DNA of 64,000 nucleotides from Candidatus Eiseniibacteriota bacterium (GTDB lineage Bacteria > Eisenbacteria > RBG-16-71-46 > JABDJR01): the NCBI GenBank assembly GCA_963783375.1, contig CAWANH010000029.1, positions 96,001 through 160,000 of the forward strand. The letters are read 5' to 3'. Position 1 is the first letter of the stretch. Each line of letters begins with the position of its first letter. Below are positions 62,698 through 64,000 of the stretch, in pieces. Made by a program: the position numbers and the translations under genes. The notes beneath the pieces were generated by a model. That model saw only the letters and a list, made by a program, of their open reading frames with translations. It was not told the DNA's origin and did not search any database.

Positions 62698-64000
62698 ATG
62701 AGCGACGCGACCACCGCGCGCATCGTGCGCGCTCCCCGCGGCACCGCGATCTCCTGCAAGGGCTGGGCCCAGGAGGCGGCGCTCCGGATGATCATGAACA
62801 ACCTCGACCCCGAGGTGGCCGAGCGCCCCGAGGACCTCGTGGTCTACGGCGGCACCGGCCGCGCCGCCCGGAGCTGGGAGGCCTTCGACGCCATCCTCCG
62901 CACCCTCAAGAGCCTCGGGTCCGACGAGACCCTGCTCGTCCAGAGCGGGAAACCGGTGGCGGTGTTCCGCACCCATCCCGACGCCCCCCGGGTCCTGATC
63001 GCCAACTCCAACCTGGTGGGCAAGTGGGCGACCTGGGAGCACTTCCGTGAGCTGGAGCGGAAGGGTCTCATGATGTACGGCCAGATGACCGCGGGGTCCT
63101 GGATCTACATCGGGACCCAGGGGATCGTCCAGGGCACCTTCGAGACCTTCGCCGAGGCCTCGAGGCAGCGATGCGGGGGCGACATGAGCGGGCAGATCCT
63201 GTTGACCGCCGGCCTCGGCGGGATGGGCGGCGCCCAGCCCCTGGCCGTGACCATGAACGGGGGGGTGTGCCTGGCGGTGGAGGTGGACGCCGAGCGCATG
63301 CGCCGCCGGATCGACACCGGCTACCTGATGGAATCCACCGAGTCCATCGACGACGCGGTGAAGCGGGTGGAAGCGGCGCGGGAGGAGAAGCGAGCGGTTT
63401 CGGTGGGCCTGCTCGGGAACGCGGCCGAGGTCCTCCCCGAGCTTCTCCGGCGGGGGTTCCGGCCGGAGTACGTGACCGACCAGACCTCGGCCCACGACGA
63501 GCTGAACGGCTACGTCCCCCACGGGATGCCCTACATGAACGCCCTGGCCCTCAGGGAATCCGATCCGCCCGCCTACGTGGAACGCTCGATGGCCTCGATG
63601 GCCGAGCACGTCCGGGCCATGCTGGACTTCCAGTCCGCGGGCGCGGTCGTCTTCGACTATGGAAACAATATTCGCGGCCAGGCCGAAAAAGCCGGGGTCG
63701 CGAACGCGTTCGATTTCCCCGGATTCGTCCCCGCCTTCATCCGCCCGCTCTTCTGCCGGGGGAAGGGGCCCTTTCGCTGGGTGGCCCTCTCCGGAGATCC
63801 CGAGGACATCCGCGCCACCGACGAGGCGCTCCTGGCCGCCTTTCCCGACGACGAGGTCCTCGCCCGCTGGCTCCCCCTGGCCGCCGAGCACGTGCGCTTC
63901 CAGGGGCTCCCCTCCCGGATCTGCTGGCTGGGGTACGGCGAGCGGGCCAAGGCCGGGCTCCTCTTCAACGACCTGGTGGCAAGCGGGCGGGTGAAGGCGC
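62698..64000 (+). CDS. hutU: urocanate hydratase (runs off the window end)
   Basis: Manual translation from ATG 62698 (RBS AAAGGA): [76 protein letters not shown]. Confidence 0.96.
   Translation, partial: MSDATTARIVRAPRGTAISCKGWAQEAALRMIMNNLDPEVAERPEDLVVYGGTGRAARSWEAFDAILRTLKSLGSDETLLVQSGKPVAVFRTHPDAPRVLIANSNLVGKWATWEHFRELERKGLMMYGQMTAGSWIYIGTQGIVQGTFETFAEASRQRCGGDMSGQILLTAGLGGMGGAQPLAVTMNGGVCLAVEVDAERMRRRIDTGYLMESTESIDDAVKRVEAAREEKRAVSVGLLGNAAEVLPELLRRGFRPEYVTDQTSAHDELNGYVPHGMPYMNALALRESDPPAYVERSMASMAEHVRAMLDFQSAGAVVFDYGNNIRGQAEKAGVANAFDFPGFVPAFIRPLFCRGKGPFRWVALSGDPEDIRATDEALLAAFPDDEVLARWLPLAAEHVRFQGLPSRICWLGYGERAKAGLLFNDLVASGRVKA

Overview
This is a very GC-rich bacterial chromosomal segment with no mobile elements, CRISPR arrays or RNA genes that I can detect. 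It mixes housekeeping genes (tkt, thyA, folA, a ferredoxin, sfsA, tatA, pyrE, dnaE-accA, ligA, a DinG-family helicase, hutU) with many secreted proteases. The most notable part is a co-directional envelope locus at 40.7-57.2 kb that resembles a type IX secretion system (T9SS). It encodes a PorU-like C25 sortase, PorV, an M6 protease cargo, two paralogous DUF5683-like proteins ending in a beta-signal, a beta-propeller lipoprotein, a half-size SprA-like barrel and a translationally coupled Omp85 protein. Four proteases in the window share a C-terminal FlgD-Ig/T9SS-type sorting domain. High GC plus these domains suggest a non-Bacteroidetes FCB-group lineage such as Eisenbacteria or Latescibacterota (inference only). 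Other notable modules are a helical protein-SPFH-zinc-ribbon operon, a two-component/sigma-54 system facing a target gene with a -24/-12 promoter and palindromic enhancer, and a TIMP-like/HEAT fusion. Six apparent frameshifts are all single-G deficits in G runs and are probably long-read homopolymer errors. All family assignments come from motif recognition by eye, not database searches.
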